From contig OZ316897.1 in the NCBI GenBank assembly GCA_973895155.1, positions 18,572,457-18,636,456 on the forward strand: a DNA stretch of 64,000 nucleotides, in the 5' to 3' direction. A program made the position numbers and the translations under genes. Position 1 is the first letter of the stretch. Each line of letters starts with the position of its first letter. The notes under the pieces are model-generated. The model was not told where the DNA came from. It saw only the letters and a program-made list of their open reading frames with translations, and did not search any database. Below, one piece after another: positions 1 to 11,700 of the stretch. The stretch comes from Marsupella aquatica. Lineage: Eukaryota; Plantae; Marchantiophyta.

Positions 1-409
1 GGGAGAGAGAGGCAGAGGGAGAAATGAGCGAGCAATGAAACGAAATGAGAAGAATGACCCGCTGGAGACCAAAGAGAAGCAATATATAAAACCCTGACAA
101 ACAAAAAGGCCAATAAGACGGCTTCGTTGAACTTGTGTCACGGCTAAACTCACGGCAGGGTTGAAGTACGGATAACAATAATGACAACACGTGTGACCGT
201 AATAATGACTGTACGCACCCAGCAGGTTGCGTGGCAACCTGTCTAAGCCTGCATGAGCCCGAGCACGCTTGGCACGGCCAAGGCCGACCCCCAAGGGGCT
301 TATAGTGGCTTCAGGGGTTTTGAAGTCCCCATTTTCACATTCACCTCCTTGCCTCTTTGCCTCCTCGCGTCCCTTGCCTCCTTGCCTCTAGATTGTTTTG
401 CGCTCTTGC

Positions 410-542
410 CTCGAGATCCTTGTATTACCCTCGAGATTGCAGAGGGTCGAGATTAGGTTTTCCTCGAGATTTTATAGTGTCAAGATTTTGTGTTTAAGCT
501 AGAGCTTCGATAGGGTCGAGATATTGTGTTTAGGCTCGAGAT
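410..542 (+). repeat. Cluster of 7 direct-oriented (C/G)TCGAGAT half-sites
   Basis: Copies at about 410, 430, 446, 463, 479 (GTCAAGAT variant), 515 and 535, mostly 16-20 bp apart. Confidence 0.8.
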
Positions 543-738
543 TTGTTTAAGTTCTCAGCCCGTAGTACGTTCCTTTCTTCACCAGCCATGTCGACTGTTG
601 TAGATTTCTCCAAGGAGGACTTCGCTGAGTACAACCTTGCAACCGTTGGCGAAGAGCTTCAGACCCATCTAGACTCAGCGTATCAGATCCATCGCACCAT
701 TAAACATAATTCATCATCTTTGTTCTGTTCAGGTTTAA

Positions 739-3700
739 CTCGAGATCGTCTCGAGCTTCAATTGGTCCACTTGTTTCTGGATTCCTTGGATGCAGTTGAG
801 GCTCGAGATCATCTCGAGCCTATTGATGTTTTCTGCAATACTTTGCTTCAAAAGTTGTGATCTATCAATTGATTTTGCATTTGATTTAAGTGGCATGAGG
901 CTCGAGATCGTCTCGAGCCAATATGCAATTCCTGCATGTGACCTAGTGAGATTTCTTCAAGTTGGAAACCCTTATCCTTCAAAAGTGAAACATCAAATCC
1001 AAAAAATCTAAAATTTCCTTCCTCCAGGGACTTCTGTACCCTCCAACTCGTTCTGATTATTGACATCCGAACGGGTTTGTGGGTATCAGAAGTCAATGGA
1101 GAAAGTGGATTTTAATCATTGATTGAATATGATGTTCATTGTTGAATATGATATTCGGATCACTCGTTTGACATGTTAGGCTCGAGATCGTCTCGAGCCA
1201 AATATATCCCTCACCATCTTCCTTTATGGTCATTCGTATCCCTTGGCCAATTTCTTCCAGTTGGAAGGACTCCATGTCGTCAACTACTAATATCCTTTTC
1301 ATTGTGATCCAAGCTTGCCTTTTGGACCACTTTCTTAGTCCTCCAACTTGTTTGTGAAGATGACAAACCACTGAGTTAGAGGGTTTTGAATGTGGTCGAA
1401 TAGGTGACATTGGATCATTCTTGAAAATGTTGTTCGTTAAATTTGACTGGTTCATGATATGCAATGGAATAAAACCTCAACTGATATATATGAGGATCGA
1501 GATCTTTTAAACAGATGGTGGATCGAGATCATCTCGAGCCTATTGTGTTTCCTAACTATTGTGTTATATTTTTAGATTTCTTGGGTTTGAAATCTCTTTT
1601 TAAATTCCACGGATGAAATGGCATTGGGACATGTTAGACTATTAAACTTAAAAGGAAGATCGAGATCATCTCGAGCCACCTATTTGTTTCTTGGTTTTGC
1701 AGTACATGTTTCTGACAGTTGCTACATTTTGGCTGTACTAGGTGCAAAATTGGGATCGCCCAATTTGGTAGTCGAAGATGAACATGCAATCAAGGTTTCC
1801 TGCCCTGGACAGGGTTTATTTGGATTCTGTTGGGCCATTGAGCTTGCTGAAACTGAAGACATGGAAGGAACTATTATTTGTGTGAAGACGAGGTCTCCAT
1901 CAGTCGATCCTCTAGTGTGCAGCCTTCTAGGGCCTATTGTTTCTATTGTGACGAGTAACGGTAAGGACATGGTTTTGACGGTGGAGAACCATGAGATAGG
2001 GAAGTGGGCTCTAATTAGACTTCACGCCAAAAACTACTCTTGCGATCTTAACATTGAACGTGCAGCCAGGAAACAACTGAGCGTGATATCAATGGGGTTC
2101 TTCCCCGAGAGTTTTACTACAAGTAATTTGCTAGAAGATACTCCTATATCTGGAGCGGACATAATTTTTGGATTCCTTTACTGTCGAAAGTATGGGTTTG
2201 ATCGTGATGATGGATTCACGAGTCCTTTCACGTGGAAGGTTTTGAGACTAATGTCGGAATCCAAATTGGGGGAGTTTGAATCCATATCCCCTGATTTTGT
2301 GTTTGGAGCCGGAGAATTTGATGAGGATGCTTGTAAAAAGTGGGTGTTGTCTCATCGGAGACAAACAGGTAAATTGAAATCTGTAGCTGCAGGAGACAAG
2401 ATATCAGGTTTGGACAAAAAGGAAGCAAAGGTGTCTCAAAAGAGGAAGAGGGTTGAGAAACCCGAAAGCAAAGCGAAGAAGGCTCCACCTCAAAAAAAGT
2501 CCGCGCCGCCCAAGATAGATCTTATTCCGGCATCTTCCTCGGGTGTGAATGCACATACCGATGATGATGGCACTCCAGGAGATGCTCCGGGAGAAAAGAG
2601 CGTTAAGGAAGGAGCCGAAGTTCTTAAGGAGATTGAGGAGTATTACACATTTGGCATGAATGAAACTTTTGACATTCCTGTCACTAGTATAGATTCTCCG
2701 TCTGCAGTTTTGGTATATAGGATGTTCAATAAAGACCATGCCATGGAGGTCGCAAAATCCATGGTTAGAAACCCTGGAATGGTACCAGCTGTGGCGGATT
2801 TAATTCCGTATTCAAGAGAGAGTTCGCAGTTGCTCCATTATGAGAATACTGCTGAGGATCGAAAGGAGTTTGAGTGGGGTGTTAAGAATAAGAAGGTGCA
2901 GTTCCTTGCAATCAGTGGACAACACTCGGCAAAGGCAGCTGTTTGGATCATAGGTTGGGCTAAGAGCGATGCAAAGTTGAAGGAGGTCGCAAAGAGTCTG
3001 CAATATCGAAAGTCACAAATTCTTTCGGACAGAACTCCAAGAACAATACTTGCTCAACACTCACAAAGGGCAAATGCTGTTAATAAGACCATGGAGTATG
3101 AGTCCTGTTTTCTTGATACTATGGTCCATGCCCGTCGACAGTTTGACGAGTGTGGCCGTCCTGAGAGACCCGTAATTGGGTCCAATAGACTAACGGATCA
3201 TCAAAAGTTCCAGGTAAATTCAAACTCAAATCCACTTCTAGCTCGAGATCGTATCGAGCCCCGAGGTCAAGTTTCTATATTTGATTTATCTTCATGTATT
3301 CTCCCATAAATTTTACCATAGTTCCTTAATTCTACCTCGAGATCGTCTCAAGCCTCAGATTTTCTTTGTACTGTTTGGATCAGGATTTTATGGCCCTTGC
3401 CAAAATAACGACTGGAAAATCCGATCTGAGGAATATTTTTTGGTTGCTGTTTTCGGATGAGAACCTCTTCTAACTTGGAGACAAATGTGCATCGATTGGG
3501 TCAAGGGACTTCTTCCGGATGGTCTAGGGGAGTTAGGTTCAAAAATAAATGGGAAATCCCGGACAACAAAAATGATTACGCCGGCGTTGTTTAGATGCTT
3601 TGAAGGAGACCTGAGTAGTGACGACATTCTGAAAGTTTTTACTGCCGTTCAACAACAGAAGGTTTTATTGAAGAAAGACCCAGCCAACAAATCTGATGTT

Positions 3701-5066
3701 CAATCAATGAGTGATATGGCTCATACTTTCAAAGTCATGACCAAGCTGAGGGCAAAAATTGTGGAGTACTTTGTTTTGAAGTATCCGGATCGGTTTGCCA
3801 ATTCACTCACTTGGTTTGAGCTAACTCAATTTTTGCCTGCATTTATGGATCGTGGTGAGTTGCCGAAACTTAGACAACTTGCTGGAGAGGTTTGGATTTC
3901 CAACCTCCTAAAAAGAAATAGGCCAAAAGACCCATTTCCGCAAAGTCTCATTGTTAGGCTTGAGCAGATATATTGCAAGGTATTTGGCGGGTTGCCTTCA
4001 ATGGAGGATACTCCTTATCGCACATTTTTTAGCGATAATTTGATGAGGACAATGAAGCCTGAGATTGTTGACTCGGTGCAAAGGACGTGCCCACTCTCCA
4101 TTGTCAATTTTGGTCGTCTTCGACAATGGCAGTGGACAGATGCCAAAAGTTTTGTTTTGCTGGAGTATTGTTTGCAGATGGCGAACTCGACAGAGGTCTT
4201 AGTAATCTTTTTTGTCCGTCAAGGCCCATTGATAGGCCAGATTCAGAGTGCCTTTGAAAAGATTCGTCGTGAGAAGAAAGTCCACACAAAGCTGGAGTAC
4301 GGGAGCTACTACCGTGATCAGCTGCCCAAGGAGGAGGGAGATTTTCTCATTGGAGCCCGAGACTCAATCATCTTTGGGGGAATTTGTTGTGAAGAGGAAC
4401 CAGACTGGTCCCAAATTTTTTTTGATAACTTTTATGCGTTCTGGAACTACAGTGAGAAGTGGGACAGAGACTTCACAGTCTTGCCTTTGAAGGCCCCTAC
4501 TGGGAACAACAAAGACCAATCAAAGGGGAAAGACAAGCTTGATGAAACCACTGTTGATGTCGAAGTTTTGGAGAAGATGGCCCCATCTTATGAGATGGTC
4601 GGTCGGCGTGGTGGCTTTGTAAATCCGAGAGCAAAGCCTTTGCGAATGATAAAGCATCTTGTTGATTATTTCTCGTGCACTGGTCGTACAGTGTTGGATT
4701 TCTTCTCTGGAGGACAGACATTGAAAGCTTGTGTCATTCTTGGTCGTGATTGTTTTGTGTATTCGGACATAGCTCAAGAGATGGAATTCACAGAAGCCTT
4801 TGCTCAGCTCCTTCATGACAACAAGCAGGTTTTATTTGTGCCACCCAAGGAGCCGTTACCATCTGAGGAAATTACTGTCGGTCCCCTTGTTGTAATAGAA
4901 GAGGCGGCCTTAGACATAGCTCCGGTGGAAGCCAGTGTTTATGAGGAAGTATTTGCGGAGAATTTAGAGCATCGCAAAACGGAGGGCCCGAAAATCACAA
5001 GCTACATGGAAGAGGAGGGTGAAATACTGCTTGAATTTGGAAATGATGCTCGAGATGATCTCGACG
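739..5066. repeat. Dispersed 21-bp palindrome GGCTCGAGATC(A/G)TCTCGAGCC, about 9 copies
   Basis: Copies at about 739, 800 (perfect 10-bp arms), 899, 1179, 1521, 1658, 3241, 3336 (last two in the intron) and a degenerate one at 5048. Confidence 0.9.
1618..3473 (+). CDS. 5' part of a ParB/Srx-like plus methyltransferase-like gene: unknown N-terminal region, basic NLS, ParB-like domain
   Basis: Long ORF with KRKRVEKP/KAKK basic patch. ParB-like pattern TFDIPVTSID...R...HAMEVAKSM...FLAISGQHSAKA at about 2665-3085. Phase-0 intron 3214-3383 (CAG|GTAAAT...GATCAG|GAT); the spliced frame ends at TAA 3471. True start uncertain, possibly ATG 588 with further upstream exons. Confidence 0.65.
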
Positions 5067-5332
5067 TTCCAGGTGTTCCTTCATCGGGTGGCCTTGGGGA
5101 TGCACAACATGAACAACAGTCTTCAACCTTGGATGTTGGCTGGGAATCCACCTTGCAGGATGCAATTAGCCAACCAATTCCAAGCCCTCCTCAACTGGAT
5201 GAGATTTTCTCTACTAAGAAAGCTAGTGGCTACCATACTCCCCCTCAGGACGAGGCAGGTGCATCGTCCTCTCCCTTGGACCAAATGTTTTGCGCTTCAG
5301 AGAATTTAGTAGTACGAGAAGCTCTTGGTTAG
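3485..5332 (+). CDS. 3' part: helical region, beta-class N4C/N6A DNA-methyltransferase-like domain (probably inactive), acidic tail
   Basis: 615-aa ORF. NPRAKPLRMIKHLVDYFSCTGRTVLDFFSGGQTLKACVILGRDCFVYSD (4622-4769) follows the beta-class pattern HP..KP..L...LI...S..G..VLDPF.GSGTT..AA..LGR..IG.E. No intact D/S/N-PPY motif seen. Confidence 0.7.
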   Translation: MCIDWVKGLLPDGLGELGSKINGKSRTTKMITPALFRCFEGDLSSDDILKVFTAVQQQKVLLKKDPANKSDVQSMSDMAHTFKVMTKLRAKIVEYFVLKYPDRFANSLTWFELTQFLPAFMDRGELPKLRQLAGEVWISNLLKRNRPKDPFPQSLIVRLEQIYCKVFGGLPSMEDTPYRTFFSDNLMRTMKPEIVDSVQRTCPLSIVNFGRLRQWQWTDAKSFVLLEYCLQMANSTEVLVIFFVRQGPLIGQIQSAFEKIRREKKVHTKLEYGSYYRDQLPKEEGDFLIGARDSIIFGGICCEEEPDWSQIFFDNFYAFWNYSEKWDRDFTVLPLKAPTGNNKDQSKGKDKLDETTVDVEVLEKMAPSYEMVGRRGGFVNPRAKPLRMIKHLVDYFSCTGRTVLDFFSGGQTLKACVILGRDCFVYSDIAQEMEFTEAFAQLLHDNKQVLFVPPKEPLPSEEITVGPLVVIEEAALDIAPVEASVYEEVFAENLEHRKTEGPKITSYMEEEGEILLEFGNDARDDLDVPGVPSSGGLGDAQHEQQSSTLDVGWESTLQDAISQPIPSPPQLDEIFSTKKASGYHTPPQDEAGASSSPLDQMFCASENLVVREALG

Positions 5333-6672
5333 TCATATAGTGACCCTTGTGTATATTCATGTTTCCTCATGCCTAAGAGCTGAATAGAGTTGGCCTCACA
5401 GCTTAGTTCGCAGAGCTTGTGTATGAGATGTACTGTTTGTATGGCAAGTGCATGGTATGACTCAGTCAGAAGGAGTCATTTTGCTATTTGTGTGTCGCAT
5501 TAACTTGTGTGAAGAGTGCCCACATCAACTAATAGAAGGAAAGTAAGCAAGGGAGTGAGAGTTGGATGTGTCGAGCTGAGAGAGGTCTTAGCGGCTTAAC
5601 CAAGCCAATTGGGGATCATTCCGGCGGCGGAATCCAAATATACCTAACCAGAAGGAGAGGAAGACAAGGGAAGGCCTAGAGTAGGCCGACTTCATATCTC
5701 ATGACCCGATGAAGGATCTGTCCAGTATATGTGTATAAATTGTTAATAGATGTAGAGGAGTTTAGCAGCGTCCCATGCCGCGAAACCGCGGAAACATCCC
5801 CGCCAAGCGCGAAACCTGCGGGAATCGGCTTGTGTTGGGGGGTTTCTTGGGTTTAGGGAGCCATGGAGCGCACCACAATGGTACCGGTGTCACGTGCTCT
5901 TTCACCTGCTCCTCTCTCTCCTCCTCAAACCGCCGTGGTGATCCTCTTGCTTCAAGTTCCACGTCTTTGAAAATCTCCTCCGAATCACTCAGGAGAAAAT
6001 CACAAAAAATTGTTGTTTTTCACAACTTCTCAAAAAACTCAAAACTAATCACCGCCGCGTAGCCCACAAAGCTAGGAGTCCAACACTAAAAACCAAAATT
6101 AAAATTAAAATTTGACGGAAAAGTTATTCAAATTTTGGTTGGGGTGGGTAAAACCTTGGGAAACTCCCCCATTTTGACCACCTCAGGGAATAACCAAAGT
6201 GCCAAGTATAACCCATCGTCAGAATCACAATTTGATTGATGCGCCGCATTGCTAACTTCAATGGCTATGACCTCGCCAAAAAAGAACCGAAAAAGTTACC
6301 GTTCAGCACGCAAAATCTTTGTTGGACGGCCAAAAAACAACTCTCTGTTTTTTGGGAATATTCTTGCACAGTCCGACAGGTCTCACAGGGGGCTGTTCCC
6401 CCTGTCCAAGCGGTTAAAATGCCGGGTCACCGGGCCCGGGAAAGAGGTGCCAGGAAAAAACAAAAATTGGCCCTTAAAAGGGGGTTTAAACCCCTTTGTC
6501 AAAAATGCGTGTATAAGGGTCGGGACCGGGGTGGGATACGCGCGGGGGCTCATACTGACGGCGGTATGCTGCCAAGTACACGCAGCAGGCAGGGCCAGGC
6601 CAGGGAGAAACGTCGTCGCCGCGAAGTGCGGCCGACACAAAGGGCAGGGTGCGGGAGGGACTACCGGCAGGA

Positions 6673-6705
6673 TGTGTATACACACTTACTACGTGTGTAT
6701 ACACA
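6673..6705. repeat. Perfect 13-bp-stem hairpin
   Basis: TGTGTATACACAC-ttactac-GTGTGTATACACA. Confidence 0.85.
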
Positions 6706-7434
6706 ACAAAAAATTTAGCCCTAAAGTAACCCCCAAAAAGCCAGATTAAACACCAAAAAAAGACGTTTTACAAACCTAATCGCCATTTAGCTTGAGAAAG
6801 TGAAGTGCATCGACATGAAAAGTTGCCAAATTGAACCGGCACCTTCTGCACACACAGCAGAGGAAAAAACCTTCCATCGCAACTCACTCTCTTTGCATCA
6901 AGCGCCAATCCCAGACTCAAAATGACCGCCTTGCTGCAATCGAACCGTTGAGCCGTAGCACTTTGCGTTTCTTCCTCCGAGTTGGACGCGGTGACGAGAA
7001 AACCTGGTTCAGATGTGAACAAGCTCCATAGCCTATGAAAAAATCTGAATGTCTCTTTCAATCGTCATGACCCACTCGGTAACCACTTGACAGCAACTCA
7101 ACTACCAAAACGACCAGCTCGCCACAACCTCCAATTACTTGAGCTATAACATGCGACGCCTCCCACACCGCACAACTCACCCCATTGAAAAACACAAGCT
7201 CTAGTCTCCCCCAAAAAATACCGTCAAACACGAAAAACTCCAGATCGACGCAAACTCCGATTCCTCCACACCACGGATACCAGCCAGTGAGTTCTATACG
7301 CTGATAGAAAGCCCTCTCACTAATCTATCCGTTCAGCCACACACATTCGAGTTTCATGCAACAAAATTCCGAATGCAACACCAAAACTGAACGCTGGAAA
7401 ATTGTCACGAAAAACCTCGTCACCTCCCAGGCAT

Positions 7435-7793
7435 GCTCTGATACCAATTGTTGAGCATAGACGACAATTGCAACGGCAAGCCCATGAACCATCCAACGCA
7501 TAATAGTCGACACAGAGAGATACGTGGTTCACCTCCCCATGAGGCTACCTCCACAGGAACACACATGAGCTTTACTGCACTCTAGGCCGACCGGCCATAC
7601 CAAGCATCCACAGCGCAAGCTCCCTCTATCTCTCAACTAGCTCCGTAACAATGAGCCTAAGTTCCCACTCTCCAAGCAAACACCGCTTGGTTATAGAGTG
7701 TGCACAGCATGACTAACCTAACCAAGTCTACGACTAAGGTTAGTCTTAACTACGGTACAGTCGTAACTCTAGACCTAAGAGTAAATCCTAACA
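7435..7793 (-). mobile_element. 5' LTR (7449-7793) plus tRNA-iMet primer-binding site of an LTR retrotransposon whose body extends leftward
   Basis: TGTT...AACA termini, 345 bp. TGGTATCAGAGC on the minus strand at 7435-7446. Clear homolog at 44593-44938. No partner LTR or gag/pol seen. Confidence 0.9.
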
Positions 7794-7849
7794 GTTTCAT
7801 TATGGGGTTACCCTGTGCCCTTGTATCATTGCCCTCTAACTTGGGTCAA

Positions 7850-9600
7850 TTCAGCCCAAGATTCAATTAACACCTTAGATGGAGTGGTATGGGTCTGAGT
7901 TTGAGTCTCAGCGTTGTCCAGCAATCTTTTTAGACCATGAGTGGTAATACTCTTACTTTCAAACTCCATTGTTGACTTGGCTTCCTACCTACGTGGTTTG
8001 GGTCTAGGTCAATTGGATCCATTTTGTGGGATCTACATAGAATGGTTTTAGACAATACATACTTTGACTGACAGACAATCGTCTTTCAACGTTATTCGAG
8101 TCTTTTGAAAAACATTTTGGTTTGAACAATTTATGTGTTCAATGGAGAATACCCAAGTACAAGTATAAGCTCAATTGACTGTTTTACTTGGATGCCAAAA
8201 GGAAATACTTTAGTACATTGCAATCTATCTTTGTACATAAAGTACTCAAATTCAGACAATCCTCCCCGGCCAGCAAACTCAGAGGTAAACTGTGGGTCAG
8301 TCCCAACTCAACACCTGGCGGATTGCCAGTGACTCCTTTCCAGTTCCGCATTAGGTCCACTCGGGGCACTGCAAGTAAGTGAATTCAAACCCGGATGCAT
8401 GGCAATGGGGGAGAGCATCCTGCAGACGTGTAACGGACCGGAGAAGAGGGAAGGATCCGAATTAATGGTCCAGTTCAAAATACATTAGTGGGGCGTCTCA
8501 ATTAAATGCCTTACTTTTCCGAAAGGGACGACGCCCGGGAGCATCTTGGGTCGGGCCAATGGGTGAAACCGGTCCGGCAAGGTCTGTGAGAGCCGACCAA
8601 TCAAAAAGCCCAAGAATGGGGACCATGTGTAGGGTCCAACCGGGCGTACCCCAGGTTTAGGTGATGCGCCATGCAGCGGATCGGTGGGAAAGAGTGTCTG
8701 ATAACACTGCCTCGCAACTCTGCGGGCTGCATTGACCACACAACTTTGCAAGCGTTCAAGGCGATTGATTAGGGACATGAGCTTTGCTGTGATTGGGGAG
8801 TCGAGGTGGGAGACCTTGTGCTAACGGTTCTGGGCGCTTTACCATGTGAAGATTGAGAGGAGGTTTTGGTGAAAATCTGTAAGTTACTCAATAGGCCGTT
8901 TTCAACCAGTTGCTTTTCATGTGATCTTCAGTTTTGCTGCATCTTGAAATGCTTGAAATGTTTGTGTCTTGGTGGCATTCCAACTAAGCCATGAGGGACT
9001 GGATCCACTTGCGGTTGGGGAGGATGCTAGACTGGCTAGAAAAATGGAGTCTTTTCCACCCTCTCTAGTCTGGGCAGGAAACTACGTCGCCAGAAATCCT
9101 TTTCCGAGTCATTTTATGTACTCTACATGTACTGAGCCCCGCAAGCCAGGCGTACCTTGTAAGAAGTCTCTAGAGTTCCGCCCCTGGCGAGCCAAAGTTT
9201 TGATTCCAACTCATTCTGTTTGATGCTGTAAATGGTGGCATGCCCCCACTCAAAGCTCTAATCTGAGATCAGGCAACTGTGCTCCTCAATTTCCAGCCAA
9301 GGGCCTTCAGCCTTTTAGATGAGCATGAGCAATAACTCACTATTCCAAAAGTCTTGCAGAAATGTCCTAAGTTGCGTGTGGCTTTCTGTGAAAGATCTGA
9401 AGCTAACCATCGACCGCCTGGCATTTATGCACAAAGCTTCTACAAGTAGTCCTTCCTTACATTTGCGTAGCAGTGCAGAAAATTCTCCCAGCCAGGGTAC
9501 ACCAATTAAACATGATGTACAATTTGAATGCACTCCCACAAAGCCAAAGAGTGCAAAAAAATCTTGGCTGATCTTATACTGGCTCTTTAGGACACTGACC
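7850..9600 (-). mobile_element. Possible highly decayed non-LTR (LINE) retroelement fragments
   Basis: Stop-riddled coding-like sequence with a LINE-like (GG/AL)LGW motif near 9300; weak evidence. Confidence 0.25.
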
Positions 9601-10242
9601 TTATAGAGTAGGTTCCTTATGACAGTGATATGTATTTACAGAGTGTCTCAGGTTTGTAACCAAGTAGTGCAGTCCTCTGTCATGATTTTGTCATAGCTTG
9701 GCCTAAGAGTTTTCATTTTGAGTTTTCATAAGAGTTTTCATAAATATGACAATTTATTTTCCCATATTAATTGTCATAGAACCAATGGGGATTCTGTCAT
9801 AGAACCAGTGGGGATTCTAATCAGGGGGCCTATCCTCCAGCCCTGGGGAATCACTCGTTAGATTATTAGAACGGGGTGCGAACAAACTAGAATTATTTTT
9901 AATCTTGTTGGGCTAATAATTATAATCAAAACTTATACTGAAGGCATTTTAAAATCTAATTTTGGTAAAATAAATAAATTTATAGTGAACAAGATATTTA
10001 AGAATTTGTCAAAATCATATAATAAATTAAGGGTACAAGGTTTTTTTCAATTTAATTTATTTTTTAATTATTTTTTCAAATTTCATTGGTTTGTTCTGTG
10101 TTTTTTACGGGTTTTACTCTAAGTGAGCAAGAAGGCTAGCTATAGGTGTTTGCAATGGAAACCTTGATTCATTCTGTCTGCACTCAAAACCATGTCTACA
10201 CTCAGAACCATTGACAATGGACGGAATGTTTATCGGTTTCCC

Positions 10243-10421
10243 AAGAGGTATTTGCTTGATCGACCCCCAAAATGAAAGTTGTTCCTTGATTGATCCCCTG
10301 AGGTCTATCAACAGTCCAGATCTGAGATTGAAAGGTCCATCAACGGTCAGATTGGGGAAATGTATGGAGGGGGTTGATTAAGCAAACTTTTTCCAGAAGG
10401 GGATCTATTAAGCATATCTCT
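10243..10421. mobile_element. Small TIR element (MITE, possibly Mutator-like)
   Basis: GAGGTATTTGCTTGATCGACCCC ... GGGGATCTATTAAGCATATCTC imperfect inverted ends. Flanks CGGTTTCCCA / CGTTTTCCAA may be a decayed TSD. A related end occurs near 18200-18275. Confidence 0.5.
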
Positions 10422-11169
10422 CGTTTTCCAAACCACATGTGTATGGTACAAAGTTTATGATTTGATCAACTCATCTATGAGGGTGCTTTCACCACCTGTT
10501 AGACATTGAAGGTATAATTACATAGGGGCTCAACAAAGGCTGCACTTATGTAGCTCAGATCTAGGGGGAAAAAGATATTTTAATTGGCAGTTCCATCTGA
10601 AGGACGTCCTTTCAGATTCATCCTGGCTGGTTTTAGATGCATCCCTTCTGTAATTAATTAATTATTCCTGTGGTGGACCACCCACGTTGCAAGTTTATGT
10701 GCACCTCAGAATTGAGTTGAATGATTAATTTGAAGAATATAGTTGGTTGCTCCGCAATTGACTCCCATGCACATAGAGCAGAAAACTTATTGTTCACCCT
10801 TAGAAGTCTTACTATTTTCTGCTCTGTCCATTTAAGAGAGACAAAGATAAAAAGAATTTGCAAACTCGGGGGCCTCAATCCAAGGGGTGTCCTATATCAC
10901 GTTCAAAGTTTTGGGGGAATAAACACCCTAAAAGTTAAGTCAATAAATTATTTTATAGTAATTTTTTTACCCCTAATTTAATAGAATCTTCCAAGAATAT
11001 TCCTATATTTGATAATAAAAAACCCTATGATTCTTATAATTCTCAAAATTGGATTAAAATAACCCTAATGTTCTTAAACAAAAATTTAAAAGTATTTCAC
11101 TAAATCCAATAAAACACCCTATACTAATTCGCGCGTGATGGGCGGAAGAAAAGAAGTGAGGACCCCGGG

Positions 11170-11700
11170 TTTGCAAAAAAACATCCTATGTTGTTTCCTT
11201 TTCATCTTTTCTCCATGTATAAAATTTGTTCCTCCTCATTTTCAATGTTGTCCTTAATTAGTCACTGACGTTTTTGTCCCTTATTGAGAGTTAAGGGCTA
11301 CCGGCTTCATTCTAGACAGTAGTTATAGAAAGTAACTTTGTGTAACTTTTAATAGCCCGGTCACCTGTTCCTTGAACATAAATAAATATGAACACAACAA
11401 CTAAAAAAATCTTGCAAAAAATAAGATTCTATGTTATTTCCCGTTCATCTTTGCCTCATCCCTATTTTTTGTTCATACTCATTTCAATTTTTGTCTTTAT
11501 TTAGAGTATATGTCACTTTTGTTCATGTTTGCTCCCTTTTTTGTCCACCTCATTCTCAGTTTTGTCCTTATTGGGGGTTATAGGCTAGAGTCTTCACTCT
11601 TGACAGTAGGCCTTATAAGTAGCTTTAGTTTGCAAATTATTAGTAAGATGAAGGCCTTGGATGAAGTAATTCAAGGCCTTGTAACCATATCGGGTTTCCA
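11170..11700 (+). repeat. Dispersed repeat family with CTAGAGGCTTCACTCTAGACAGTAGG core
   Basis: Core variants near 11300 and 11586; related copies near 47256 and across 53870-55620. Confidence 0.65.

Noticed and set aside
739-1677. Palindromic repeats as a CRISPR array
   Set aside because: Spacing is irregular (about 60-340 bp), there are no cas genes and the context is eukaryotic
5762-7061. Overlapping 95-166-aa ORFs as gag or another retroelement protein
   Set aside because: ORFs are open on both strands in GC-rich sequence, with no zinc knuckle, protease or RT motifs
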